A DNA stretch of 64,000 bases from an uncultured archaeon. Lineage in GTDB: Archaea > Thermoproteota > Bathyarchaeia > Bathyarchaeales > Bathycorpusculaceae. The stretch spans positions 1 to 64,000 of the forward strand of contig CAWALK010000022.1 in NCBI GenBank assembly GCA_963782915.1, written 5' to 3'. Every line of letters begins with the position of its first letter. Position 1 is the stretch's first letter. A program made the position numbers and the translations under genes. Under the pieces are notes generated by a model. It saw only the letters and a program-made list of their open reading frames with translations, was not told the origin of the DNA and did not search any database. Below, one piece after another: positions 8,926-21,505 of this stretch.

Positions 8926-9464
8926 ATCCAGCTTTCTAATTACTTCAGGCGGTAAGGGTTCCTCACAGAACTTGAATGTCTGCGGCTCCTCAATTTTACA
9001 TATCGCCCGCAACTCATCAGCGCTTAATTGTTTGATTAACTCAACAATCTGTTCTCGAGCAACTAGATAATGTTGTTTTAGGGTTGGTTTATCCTTGAAG
9101 AGAACACCCGCGTAAGCGCAGATTTCAGATTTCTTAAGGAAAAATTCAACCATGCTTGTGCGGAAGTTAATGTCAAAAGTTATTGGCCCCGCAACGCAGG
9201 TTTCAGGTTTAACTGAATGCACCATGCATCGCTTAGTTTTTCGGTCGTTGAAAACGCAGACGCAGTCTTTGTCAACTGAGGGGTAAGAGTACGTCTTCAG
9301 TTGAGAAAGGCTTTTCAACAGTCATATTCTGGTTTTTTAGGTATTCGTTGATATATTTTTTTTCGGTTGCCACTTAAAGGGGGTTTTGCGTCTTGGCAGC
9401 AGGTAATTTTGCATTGGCTGCAGACGTCGTAGGAATAAGTTTTTCCGTTATTGTCTTCAGACAT
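8920..9464 (-). CDS. YkgJ-family cysteine-cluster (Fe-S/Zn) protein; frameshifted
   Basis: CSQC..CC, CVF.D.KTKRCMVH..KPETC..GP pattern across two ORFs. Confidence 0.8.
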
Positions 9465-9474
9465 GCTAAGACCC

Positions 9475-10663
9475 TTAGAACGGTTCATTATTTCGTAGGC
9501 AATTAATAAGTGTTGAATAGACATCGACGATTGCTTCATGATAAACTGTTTTGTCTGCGCGCTTCTGTACTTTGGAGCGTATGAGGTCTGAGAGGTTGCC
9601 TTCTTCGATTCGGCGCTTTACAAGTGGGAGATATTTTTTCTCGTCGGCGTCGGCGTTTTGGGTGGCGATTTTGAGGTAGTGCTGGCAGACTTGGCGAGCG
9701 GTTTTGCCGTTTGAGCTGGATACTTTTGCGTTTAACCCGTCTTTGATGACAGCATTGAAGTCTTTAACTAACAACTCATGTGGCAGCAAGTTCAGCGTTA
9801 TCTGCGATTAAACCCCGAAGTGCAGAGCGAACAAAACATGCCAAAGCCACATCGGATTTCACGCATTCCTGCTCATCCATCACCCGCACCTCCAATGCAC
9901 AGCGGTCAAAACGGATGATGATTCCACGGGAGTTGACCCATTCCCGATTCAGCAGCGTCTTGTCTGCGCCAGCTTTAGCTAAATCTGCCGAGTACCGTCC
10001 AATCACATCACGCTTGTACCCATCAAGCGAGGAAATGTAATCGGGGATGACATCGCCTGCGACTGTGGGAACTTCTTTTTGGTTTTGTTTGTAGAATTGG
10101 AGGCGATTGTCAATGTCTGGTCCTTCCTTGCCCTCAAGATAGGTGAGGAAGCTGTGATTGCTGGAAGGTATGCGCAGAGGTTTGCGAGTTGGTTGTGGAT
10201 TTGGATGGCGTCAGGCTTCTTTTTCATAGGGCAAATTCAGGTGGAAGCTTTGGATGTTTAGCCATCCATGCCTGTTTAGGTCAAAGATTTTGCCGTATTC
10301 TTGGTAGATTTTTCGGTGATGATGCGGCCAAACCCCCGTATCTGATAGTTGGAGGAGGGGATGCATGCCTGTACCCAAAAGATTTGCGCCATGTTTCCCA
10401 ACGATTCCGTTGAGTGTGGAGACGGCGTTTTGCATAGTCTCCTCAAATGCATCAGGTGTCTTAAAGGGTTGGTTGGCTTTGATTTCCATAACATGCAGTT
10501 GCATCTCTTTGCCAAAACTGAAATCAGGCAACTCGATGAAGTTTATCATTCTGCCGCAGTATTCTTTGATGATTTTATCGCTGATCGGCAGAGGCTTCAA
10601 GTCTTGATCTACAAGTGAAAATTCGTGTTCGGGTCCTAAGACTTCAAGGGGCTTATACGTCAA
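9475..10663 (-). CDS. glutamate-cysteine ligase family 2 (GCS2)-like carboxylate-amine ligase; split by 3 frameshifts
   Basis: GPEHEFSLVD, ELQ-like KEMQLHVMEIK, GTGMHP, SFHLNLP, NSRG..IRFDR.ALEVRVMDEQEC. Confidence 0.85.
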
Positions 10664-10713
10664 GGTTCATCTCTAAGCTGAGTTGGATGCAGTCTATTTG
10701 GCTGAGTCGATTT

Positions 10714-11909
10714 TTAAATATGACTGATGGTTTCATCCATTCGGTCCTTTGGTATTCTATACGAGAATTTAATCAAGATAGGGCGTAATGAACGCAGTAA
10801 CGATTGTGGCGACACCGATAATTGGCAATAAGAAATCGCTGGTGACACCGAAATCTTGCCCCGCTTTGGCGACGATGAAGGCGAATTCGCCGATTTGAGC
10901 CATACCCAAACCAACCCGTAGAGAAGTTGTTTTGTCATAACCAAACATGCGGGTGCCAAATCCGCAACTTGCCAATTTCGTCACAAGCACCGCTACTAGT
11001 GATTATAACTGCTGGAATCCAGTAAGCACGGCTATCTGGGTGATATCCATTAAGGCACCCATGGAGACGAAGAAGATGGCGCCGAAAACGATTTTGAAGG
11101 GTCCGATCTGCTTGTTAATTTCTTCGCGGTGATGGGACCGAGCGATGACGACGCCGACGATGAAGGCGCCGATGGCTGCTGAGAAACCGATTTGGGTTGC
11201 CAAGATGGCGAAGGCAAAGCAGACACCCAACAGCAAAATGTCAAGTAACTCTTGATTTTCAACTTTCGCAAATCTGTCAATGGCTTTTGGCAAAAAGAAA
11301 CCACCAACGACAAGGGTGCCGCCGATGAAAACAACCAGTTTAACCACAAGCCAAACCGAGGAAGTTACTGAGATGACGCCGACGGCAGCTACGTTTTGGA
11401 GCATCGCCAACAAAATAACAACCACCACGTCTTCAACCACTAGAATTCCAAGCATGATGGTGGAGGAGATTTCTCGGAGTTTACCAGAGTCACCTAAAAC
11501 TTTGGCAATAATAGTTGTGCTGCTGCTGGCAAGAGCCGCCCCCAAAAAGAGGGTGTCATAGAATCCCCAACCCAGAAAACGTACCCACAGCCCAACTAAT
11601 GACAAGCATTAAAGTAATTTCTATGGCTGAGACGCCGATGACGACTTTGCCAATCGAGCGCAGTTTGCGTATAGGAAACTCGAGTCCGATGGTGAAGAGG
11701 AGCAGTACAACGCCGATTTCAGCGAATACCGAGAGGAAATCGGTTTGTTTAATGAAGTTGAAGGGTGGCGTGTAGGGTCCAATGATGATGCCTGCGATTA
11801 AGTAGCCGATGATGAGGGGTTGTTTGAGTTTATAGAAAATAAACGCTACTACCGAGGCGATAACCATGACCACGGCTAAGTCAGTTATAACTTGTAATTC
11901 AAAGCTCAT
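10714..11909 (-). CDS. CPA2/Kef-family cation:proton antiporter; frameshifted
   Basis: GYLIAGIIIGP, AEIGVVLLLFTIGLE, SSTTII.K, GILVVED, GAFI.G, AQIGEFAF. Confidence 0.88.
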
Positions 11910-12100
11910 CCTAAAGCTGATTTAGGATTTGACTGTATATAAGTTTAGCCCAAAAACAAAGCACCTTAAAAAACCAGCCGAAAACTGTTCTGAGGCAAAA
12001 TACGCCCCTTTTCTGGCATGTTAACGCAGATTTCTTGTCGGTGTATCGCTAATTTTAAATACGACCAGACTAATAACGCCTCTCAATACCCTGGTGTACT

Positions 12101-12803
12101 ATGACCGTGTTGGTCGTCTCAAGCATCGACCTATCTGATGATTTACATACGTTGACTCCATCAGCGTTTCTTGAATCATCCAAAAAAGACTTAACAATCA
12201 ACCTAACAAACGATTATCGTTACCTAAAAACTGGCTACTATGTATCTTTGCATGCAGAAGTTTTAGGCAGCGATGTTATTCCTTCATGCGAAAACATAAT
12301 CGACTCCAGCCGAACCCCGATTCTGTTGCTAAGAGCTACTCGTGCAAAGATTCCCACCATGCCGTTTCTGGTTACGGATAACGTGAAGAAAATCATGGAT
12401 GAAGTAGGCTTGCCCGTGGTGGTTTTCGCAGTTAACCCATTTATTTATACAGGTTACCAAGTGGCCAAGAACAAAAGCGCCCTCTACCGAGCAATGAAAA
12501 GCTTAGGCATGAACTACAAATTCACCGTTTGCGCACAACCCCTCAAGGGCGAGTTGAAATCGGTGAAATCAGTCTTCGGAAAGAGCGACTGTAGCCGATG
12601 AGCAAATTAGCGCTCTCACACAAAAGGTTTATGAGCTATTTCGAATTCCACTCTGTAAAATACATGTTCAGAAAGCAGAGGATAAAGCGTTCCTGTGTGG
12701 CCTTGAACCCTTGAAAGAAACCGAACTGTCAAAAGCTGATAAAGACGTAATCTCGAGAGAGATTTTGCTGATTTCTCAGCAGGGTGAACACTTCAGTGTC
12801 TAA
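12101..12803 (+). CDS. RimK-like ATP-grasp N-terminal (RLAN) domain protein; frameshift near 12600
   Basis: INL..DYRYL..GYYVSL.AE..G..VIPS signature; the continuation frame ends at TAA 12801-12803, overlapping the next start. Confidence 0.8.
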
Positions 12804-13675
12804 AATCGCCTGTTTTGTCGAAAAATATAATTTTACTGATCCCCGCGAGCTTGGTGCTCTTCAGAACTTTAAACAAGCTGCAGAGCAATCTGGAAACCAA
12901 TTTAGCTTCTTATTCCGCGAAAACATCCAGGACATACCAAACTATGATGCAGTCTTCATACGCGCAACCACCGATCCACTATTCACAGCCTACATAGTCT
13001 CAAAAACCGCCTACGAATATGGTTTACGAGTCATCGACGACCCAGAATCCATCAAAATCTGCGCCAACAAAATCCACCAATATGCCCTCTTCGAAAAATA
13101 TGATGTCCCACGCATCCCCACCATGTTCCTAAGCAAAGACGACATGCACCACAAAAAAATCACCGAAATCTTTGACACACTAGGCAAACCCGTTGTTATC
13201 AAAGCACCCTACACAAGCTTTAGCCGCTATGTCGAAAAAGCCGCCTGCGAAACCAGCTTCCGCGAAGTCTCTAAACGCTTCTTCAAAAAATCCGATGTCC
13301 TAGCCATCCAAAAGTTTACTCCGACTGGTTTTGATTGGCGTGTCGGCGTCTTGGGCAACGATGTACTCTACGTTTGCAAGTACATGATTCCTAAGGGTAA
13401 ATGGAAACATGGCGCAAAATTGCGAGGTAAACCAACGGTGGTTTGGGGTAGAACAGTCAGCTTCAGAAAAGAAAGACATGCCACCACGACTAAGAGAAGT
13501 CGCACTTAAAGCCTGTAGCGTAATCGGCAAAGGCCTCTATGGCGTGGACCTAAAAGAAGTCAACGGCGACTACGTCGTAGTCGAAGTCAACGATAACCCA
13601 AGCATCTACGCAGGCTACGAAGACAGCAGTGACCCCGACATCTACAATCGGATAATCAACTACTTATCCAATTAG
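12796..13675 (+). CDS. RimK-family ATP-grasp peptide ligase; frameshift near 13470
   Basis: DAVFIR, VIDDP.SI..C.NK, PVVIK.P..SFS, QKF.PT.FDWR.GVL, GLYGVDLKE...VVEVNDNP. Confidence 0.88.
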
Positions 13676-13742
13676 CGCCAGCCTTTTTTCGCTACCTATT
13701 TATCTTCTTAGTTGTTTAACCTCTGCAACGGAGTTTACATTT

Positions 13743-14718
13743 ATGGCTAAAGAAGTGCAGGAAGCACATAAAATTGCAGTTAAAGATTACCAGTTTACTG
13801 AAAACATGACTGTAGATATGCTTGTTGGTCAAATGGAGGATGCGTGGGGTTTTACCGCAGGCAAATTGGCTACAGGCGTTAACATATTGGAAGCCATGAT
13901 TAACGATAAAAAATGCGTCAAGATTCCTATCATTCACCGCTGACATCGTCGCCACAGGCACAAGAGGCGTCATCAAAGAACTTGTTAAACGCAAACTAGT
14001 CGACATCATCATCACCACCTGCGGCACACTTGACCACGACATCGCCCGCTGCACAAGAGACTACTACAGAGGCAGCTTCATCATGAGCGACTCCAAACTC
14101 CACCAGGAAGGAGTCAACCGCCTCGGCAACGTCCTAGTCCCAAACGACAGCTACGGCATAGTTATCGAAAAGAAAATCCAAGCCATGCTAGCAGACCTCT
14201 ACAAGGAAGGCAAAAAAGAATTCTCAACATCCGAGCTATCCCGAGAAATCGGCTTACGCTGCTGCGACGAAACCTCAATTCTCTACTGGGCAGCTAAAAA
14301 CGACGTCAAAGTCGTCATCCCAGGCATAACAGACGGCGCAGTCGGTTACCAACTGTGGATGTTTAGCCAAGACCACAAAGACTTCCGAATAAACCTACTC
14401 AAAGACGAAGGCGACTTAAGCAACCTCATGTTCGACTCCAAAAAGAGCGGCGCACTAATCGTCGGCGGCGGCATCAGCAAGCACCACACGATCTGGTGGA
14501 ACCAATTCAAAGACGGCTTAGACTACGTCGTATACATCTCAACAGCGGATGAGTGGGATGGAAGCTTAAGCGGCGCACGACCACGAGAAGCGGTGTCTTG
14601 GGGTAAAATCAATGAAAAAGCAAAGCACATCATGATAGAAGGCGACGCAACGATGGTTATGCCAGTAATGACAAGCGCTTTGATTGACCGCCTAAGTAAA
14701 AAGAAGAAAAAGCTATAA
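13743..14718 (+). CDS. dys: deoxyhypusine synthase (canonical archaeal type); frameshift near 13925
   Basis: GFTAGKL, ITTCGTLDHD, GVNRLGN, PGITDG, GGGISKHH, DGSLSGARPREAVSWGKI (catalytic Lys). Confidence 0.92.
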
Positions 14719-14827
14719 CAGCCAAACCGTCTTACGGCATTATTTGCCAATTTTCTCATTTTTATCTTTCATTGGAACACTCGGTGTTTTTTGGGCAACA
14801 TAAACAAAGCAGATCAGCATAAGCAAA

Positions 14828-15300
14828 ATGCCTGTTGAGTGGAAAGTCTCCAAATGAATCTGACTTCACGATTCTACTTTGCTCCAAGGTTTACTGCCAG
14901 ACGATTGGTACTGCCAAGAAGATAATCATGAATACACTCTGAGAAGCTATTCCATACTAATGCTAATTGATTTAGCAGACAACGGCAGGATCAAAATAAT
15001 AAGCTCAGCATATGTAAAGTTTGAAATCGAAGCATATACATGAGATTGACTAAAATGAAAAACATTCGAAGCTTCGAAGAAGATCATGAGCAAAGTGAAT
15101 GTTTCTATGTTAACAGAACAACTAAACGCTTAGCCAACGATTTTCAAGTGCAATCGCAATCTTGGCGCATTAACGCCTTACATATGGGCAGCTTGCAAGG
15201 TGAATGGCTGTATTTTCTATTAACTTGCTGATGACGAGATAACGAGACACCCAACTTAGATTACTTATAGAACACTATATCATGCTAACCCAGAGGGATA
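14828..15300 (+). pseudogene. heavily decayed PIN-domain (VapC-like) gene remnant
   Basis: Fragments across frames: KVYCQ, ILMLIDLADNGRIKIISSAYVKFEIE, INALHM, FLLTC, DDEI; many stops and indels. Confidence 0.45.
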
Positions 15301-15665
15301 TCAGTGAACAAGATAAGAAAGGCTACAATAAAACGTATTCTGAAGGCAACTAGCACTCAGTACAGGCTTTGGTTGGTACCGTAGTTTTGACCAAGATGCC
15401 AAAGAGAATAAAGCATTTGCTGAATTCAGGAGCCAAAATCGATACGCCCTTCTTTATTTGCGTGGAGATCATGAAGGCGGCGACATTAGCGAGTATATGG
15501 CAGGATTAACGGAAATCAGGAATAACAACTGTATTAAGTGCCAAATTAAGGAAGCGGTCACTTTGCACCTGAAGAACAGCCCGAAACAGTATGTCGAATA
15601 ATCAACGAATTCAGTAGACATCAAAAATTGGTTCTAATAAAATAAAAAAAGAAAGAAAAGATTTT

Positions 15666-16740
15666 TTATGCTTTTGGCATATCTTTGAAGATCCAGCTCA
15701 TGTCTGGACCTTTACGTTTCTCTGTTACGCGCTCAGCAAGTGCGTGGCATATGAGTGGCAATGCGATGGTTGCGTCACAGTAGCAGACTGCGCGTGTGCC
15801 TGTTTGGCTGTTGATTTTACCCCAAGATATTGCTTCTTCGAGTGTGCATCCGCTTAAGCCGCCCCATTGTGGGCTGTCAGTGGTGATTTGTATGGCGTAT
15901 TTGTGTGGGTAATAGTATTCTTGTATGGATTTGCGTAAGCCGCCTTTTCTGCCTTTGACGCCTTGGTCTTCAGTCATTGGTGAAACGGAGATGGCGATGA
16001 GTTGGGTTAGGTCTTTTGGTACGCCGCCGCCGATGTAGACTACGCCGACGTCTTTGGTTTTTGTTCCGATGCTGACGAATTGGTCGAATTCTTTTACGCT
16101 GTCGATGTGGACGTTGTGGCCTTTGTTCTTTGCGAGTAGGAAGGTTTCGCCGTATGCGCTGTCAACCATGGCTGGGCTGAAGATTGGGACGCCGTTGGCT
16201 GCTGCAATTGCAGATATGGCGGGAATGTTTTTCTTGCCAAGGTATTTGCCTAGGCCGTTGAGGAATTCGGCTGAAGTGTACATGTAGTCTTGGTTGCAGG
16301 TCATGACGTAGTCTGTGACGACGTCTTCCATTTGGCGGTAATCGGTTTCTTTGCCGTAGACGTCGTAGTATCTGTTGACGTCGTCGTTGAGTAGTTGAGT
16401 GTCATCGACCATGTGGCTGCCTTGATAGTAGCCCAAGTCCCATGGCGTCAACGATGTCTTCGCTTACGTTTGCGCCTGTGGAGACCAAGACGTCGATGAA
16501 CCGATTTTCGATAAGCCAGTTAATGATTGTCCATTGTCCCGCTGTACTCATTGAGCCTGCGAAACCCAAGGCGATGACGGTGTCTTTTTCGCGGATCATG
16601 TTTTCCCAGACATCGACGGCTTCGCCTAGTTTGCGGCCTTGATATGCGGTTTTACCCATTTCTTTTAGTAATTGTGAAATTGGTTTTTGCTTGGTAACTT
16701 TGATTGGTTCCAGTTTCTTACTGAAGTAATCGTTAGTCAT
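15666..16740 (-). CDS. second deoxyhypusine synthase-like / homospermidine synthase (SpeY-like) protein; frameshift near 16445
   Basis: AYQGRKL, GSMSTAG, VSTGAN, IGGGVPKD, QITTDSPQWGGLSGCTLEEAISWGKI, CDATIALP. Confidence 0.88.
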
Positions 16741-16899
16741 TGTTTAATTCTGCACCTCGTTTTACATTAATAGCCTTGTATTTGAAATTTGTTATTGCAA
16801 AAAAAGCAACTACAATATATGCAAGCCATAACCTGTAAATGGGTGACTTTGGAAAAAGCCTTATACCATCTTACACAAAAAGGCATTTAGGCTGAAACT

Positions 16900-18327
16900 A
16901 TGTTGAAATTCCGTTCGATAGATTGGAGTGCTTATGTTTAGTTATTCTTTGCAGTTCTCTTTTTACATCCGTTGCGGTAGCTGACTCACCAAACAATGAA
17001 GCATCTCCAACAGAGCTATGGAGGTATACTGCGACTAATACCACGGTAACCACCACTCGCATGAGTTGGGCAGTTCCCCAGATAGGCAATGGTATTGTTC
17101 TAATCGTAAATAACGAAATGTTCGCCACAGAGGAGGGGGGTTATTATCCTTATGGTCCACCACAGCAGCTAATACAAACGCTCTATGCCCTCGATGCAGA
17201 TACTGGGGCTAAAGCTTTGGAATTTCACTGACTTCTCAAGCATCCAAGAACCGATTATGGTTGACGGCGTCGTATATTTTGGGGCAAGCCACCACTTCTA
17301 CGCAGTAGATGCAAAAAGTGGTGCACAAAAATGGGTCTATGAAACGGGAGTCGGTGTTACGTGTGAGCCATGCGTTGTTGACGGGGTAGTTTATGTTGCT
17401 ACAGACGACCTCCAAAATCAAAGTATAGGTGATTACGTTAGTGCATTGGATACAGTTAATGGTGCAGAGTTATGGAAGCATGACCTTGGTTATGGTATTT
17501 GTATTTCGTCGCTAACGGTTCAAGACGGTGGGGTATTTTTGCGTGGTCCAGACCGAAACTTGTATGCCCTAAAAGCTACTGATGGCACGGAACTTTGGAA
17601 CTTCAGTAACGATGAATCTTCAGCTTCAGGATTAACTGTAATAAACAATACGGTATTCTTTAGCACACACCAAGAACTCTATACCCTTAATGCCCAAGAC
17701 GGCTCGAAGATTTGGGGCCACAACACTGGCAGCTCTCTTTATGGCTCCCCAATCATCGCCGAAGGCTTTGTGTACCTGAATTCGCCTGAACCAGCGAACT
17801 TGTTGGCTTGTTTATACGGAAACGTCTATGCACTCGACGCAGCTAGCGGCGATAAGCTTTGGAATTACTCTTACCCTACAAGATACTCAACCATGTCGCA
17901 TCTAGAGGTAGTCAACGACGATATCTACTTCCATTCACGCGACACATTATTCGCTCTAAACAAAGATGAGGGTTCACTTCGCTGGAGCAAAGACATCGGC
18001 AATGTAACCTCTTTTGCCGTAGACGACGGAGTAGTATATTATAATTCAGGCAACGGTCTATGTGCTTTAGACGCTGTAAATGGTGATTCTGTTTGGAGTT
18101 ATACTACAACGGTTTTGCAGTCACAGGTTTTTGCTGTTGATGGGGTTGCCTATTTTGGTGCGGGTAATACATTCTATGCTTTGGGGACTTCGGTTTCGAA
18201 TCAGTCATGGCTTGATATGGGATCAACCAGCACATTGCTGGTAGTTGCAATAGTTATTGTCTTGGTTGCAGCTATAGCAGTGATAGCATTGGTAAAGAAA
18301 AGATCTAAACACCAAATGGGAAATTAA
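16900..18327 (+). CDS. secreted PQQ-like (BamB-type) beta-propeller repeat protein with C-terminal membrane anchor; frameshifted
   Basis: Signal-like N-terminus; repeated YALDA..G..LW units; TM plus KKR tail. Confidence 0.85.
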
Positions 18328-18460
18328 AAAAGCGACTCAGCTATTGCTTTGGCGATGTTGGTCTTGCCGGCGATTTTTTTGCTTAGACAGCGTGTTCCAT
18401 GCGGATTGAAAATCAAGCTGCAAATTGACCTTGGCAAATGTTCAACAGAAGCCTGTTTTA

Positions 18461-18578
18461 TCCAGCAATCGCCTACAAAAAACAGTACCAAACCAATGAG
18501 TGAATAGTGTTTCCACCATTCAACAGGCAGTTGTGATTCTATATATAGGGGAGGGGGTACCTCCTGAGAGCAACAACA
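18461..18578 (-). repeat. repeat module R2, copy downstream of argS
   Basis: Reverse complement TGTTGCTCTCAGGAGGTACCCCCTCCCCTATATATAGAATCACAACTGCC...TCATTGG..GTTTTTTGTAGGCGATTG; nearly identical to 28079-28112 over about 33 nt. Confidence 0.75.
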
Positions 18579-18587
18579 CCAGCTAAT

Positions 18588-20539
18588 CTACATTTTTTCC
18601 GGTGCAGTAACCCCAATCAAGTTGAGAGCATTTCGCAGGACGGTTTGGATGGCTTTTGTCATTGCTATTCTGGCGTCGCTGAGTTGTGGCGAGTCGGCTT
18701 TTATGACTGGATAAGCGTTGTAGAAAGTGTTGAATTTGTCGGCTAAGACGTTTGCGTAGTCTGCGATCATGTTGGGTTTGAGGTATTCGGTGGCTTCTAT
18801 GAACATGTCTGGGAAGTTGGCTATGTTGAGGATGAGTTCTTTTTCAAGCCGCTCAGCGAGCAATGCGAACTCTGGGTTTTCCGGTTCATGGGCTGCTTTG
18901 CGCAGGATGCTACATGCTCTTGCATGGGTGTATTGCACGTATGGGGCGCTGTTGGTTTCAAAGTTTAAGACGCGTTCCCATGTGAACATGACTGGTTTGC
19001 CCGGATCAACATCGACCAGTGCATAGCGGACTGCACCTAAACCGACAAAGTTAGCGATGTTGCTTCTTTTCTTCTTCAGAAAGCATTGGTGAACGTTTGG
19101 AGACTTCCTCGTAGGCCCGTCTGACTGCTTCGTCCAAGCACCTCGTCAAAGGTGATGTAGTGGCCGCGTCTGCTGCTCATCTTGTACCCAGGCAAAGTAA
19201 CCAAGTTGTAAGCGAAATGCACAAGGTTGTCTGCGTCTTTGCCATAACCCATCGCGTAAAGCGCCAGTTTGAGCTGAAGCTGCGCAAGAGACTGTTCCAT
19301 GCCGATGACGTTGATTACTTTTTCGGCGTGCTTAAACTTCCACAATGTATAGGCGATGTCGCGTGTGGTGTAGAGTGTTGTGCCGTCTGCGCGGACAAGC
19401 GTTAGGGGCGGAACTTCATTGTTAGTGCTCAATCCCAGTTTACCTTTCAAATCAAGGGCATTAACAGCTTTGTCAGCATCAAACTGCAACACACCCTTCT
19501 CGTTAAAGATAAACGGTGTCGCTTTGAGTTTCGCCATGACTTCGTTGACTTGTGGAGTCCACACGAAATCGCTTTCCCAATCCCACGAATCATAGGATAC
19601 GCCGACACGCTGCATAGTCGCGCGGAAACCATCTAGGCAGAGGTCGCTGACTTCGCGGACAAGTTCCTTCGCCGCTGGTTGCCCATCCTCGTAGGCGCGG
19701 TTTAAGCGGTTGATTTCTTCCTCGGGGTTTTCGTCTTCACCGATTTTAGTCATCAACGAATCAAACAGCACAGGATACTTTTCTTTAAGTTCCGCTGCAA
19801 TGGACATCCACTCATCGATTTCCTTGTTGCATTTAACCAAGTCATCGGCGTTGTGCAGTGCGATGGCTTGTTCTCGGGTTTTTTTGAGGCGGTTGATTTC
19901 GACTAGGCAACAGGTGACGGTGTAGATTTTGCCCACGAAATGGTCTGATTTCTCGGTTGGTTTAGGTTTGCCCAACTTGGCGTATCCGTAAGCGACTACG
20001 CTGGATTGGCGTCCTACATCGTCGATGTAGTAGTGCCGAGAAACATCGTGTCCTCTTAGCTGGAGTATTCGGGCTAAGGTGTCGCCGATGGTTGGGTTGC
20101 GTGCCTGCCCAATATGGATGGGGTGGAGTGGGTTGACGCTGGTGTGTTCGACTATGATTTTTTTGGGTTCGTCTGTTTTGACGAAGCCGTAAGTTTGATC
20201 TAGTTTTTTGATGGATTCCAATGTTAGGGCGCTGAATTTGGGGAAATCCACATAGAAGTTGATGTATCCTGCGCCTGCTGGCTCAACTTTCTCGATTAAA
20301 TCAAAACCTGATTTATCAACCGCGTCGACTAGGCGTTTTGCGAGGTCGAGTGGTTTCTGGTTTAGTTTCTTTGCTAACTCAAAACACAGCGAAGTCGCCA
20401 GTTGCCCATAGTCGATGTTGGGTGTTTTTTTAAGGCTAATGCTGGGTTGAGTTATTTCCGGCAGAGTTTTCTTCAATGCGCCTGCTAAAACGGTTTGGCA
20501 TTCCTGTCTGAACAGTTCAAAGGGATTCTGTGAAATCAT
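18588..20539 (-). CDS. argS: arginine--tRNA ligase; frameshift near 19130
   Basis: VEHTSVNP..PIHIGQARN (HIGH-like), GTTLYTTRDIAY, KMSSRRG, APYVQYTHAR, PEKM C-terminus. Confidence 0.95.
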
Positions 20540-20636
20540 GAATGTTGCGCTCCAAATCTTGTTGGCTAAAATAAGGTTGGTAACGTTATATTTTAAATGC
20601 GATGGCAGTCTTATTGTATACTGGATGCAGGCAGCG

Positions 20637-21487
20637 ATGAATACAAAGATAGTGTATTCAGAAAAATGTTTAGGTTATGGCACATGGCACATTGAAGGGC
20701 CTCAAAGAGTGAAAATTGCACATGACGTTTTAGCGGCTAAAGGTTACGAGTTTGTGGAGCCAATAGCTGCAACGGAAGAGCAGATTCTTTCTGTGCATGA
20801 TATGGAATACGTGTTTAACCTCAAAAAAGGCTTAGTTGAAGATTCTGATACGCCGGCTTACGATAAAATCTTTGATTTTGCTCAGTTATCGGCGGGCGCA
20901 GCTTTGTTGGCTTCTAAAATCGGCGGTTTCTCCATTACCCGTCCACCGGGGCATCACGTTGGAAAATATGGCGCGGCATTGGGTGTTTACACAAGGGGTT
21001 TCTGTTACCTAAACAACATCGCCATCGCCGTTAAAGAATCAGGCAAAAAAACTTTGATACTTAGACATCGATGGACACCATGGCAATGGCACTCAAGAGA
21101 TTTTCTTAGGAGACGAAAACGTAACGTATGTTTCGGTGCATCAGTCGCCCAATTATCCGGGAACAGGCCAAACAACAGAGGCGAACTGCATCAATTTTGC
21201 ACTGCAGCCAAATGTAGGCGGCGAAGTATACCAAGAAACACTCGATGCTGCTTTGAAGTGTGTTGATGCCAAAGAGTTTGAGGCTCTTGCGGTCTCCGCT
21301 GGGTTTGATACTCACAGTTGTGATTTGGCGTCGCTTGGGTTAGTTACTAAGGATTACTTTGAAACAGGTAAAAAAATCGCTAAACTAAATCTTGCCAACC
21401 TTCTTTGTGTTGGAAGGCGGCTACAATGGACAAAACGTCGGGTTAGATATTGATTCACTGTTGAGGGGTTACGAAGAAAACCGTTAA
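20637..21487 (+). CDS. histone deacetylase/acetylpolyamine amidohydrolase family protein; frameshifted
   Basis: RPPGHH, GFCYLNNIAIA, DIDGHHGNGTQ, YPGTG, VSAGFD, LEGGY across frames. Confidence 0.9.
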
Positions 21488-21505
21488 CCCCAAAAATATA
21501 GGGTT

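Noticed and set aside
9475-13675. Programmed frameshifting or pseudogenisation of the split genes
   Set aside because: No consistent slippery site; essential genes are equally affected, so sequencing indels are more parsimonious
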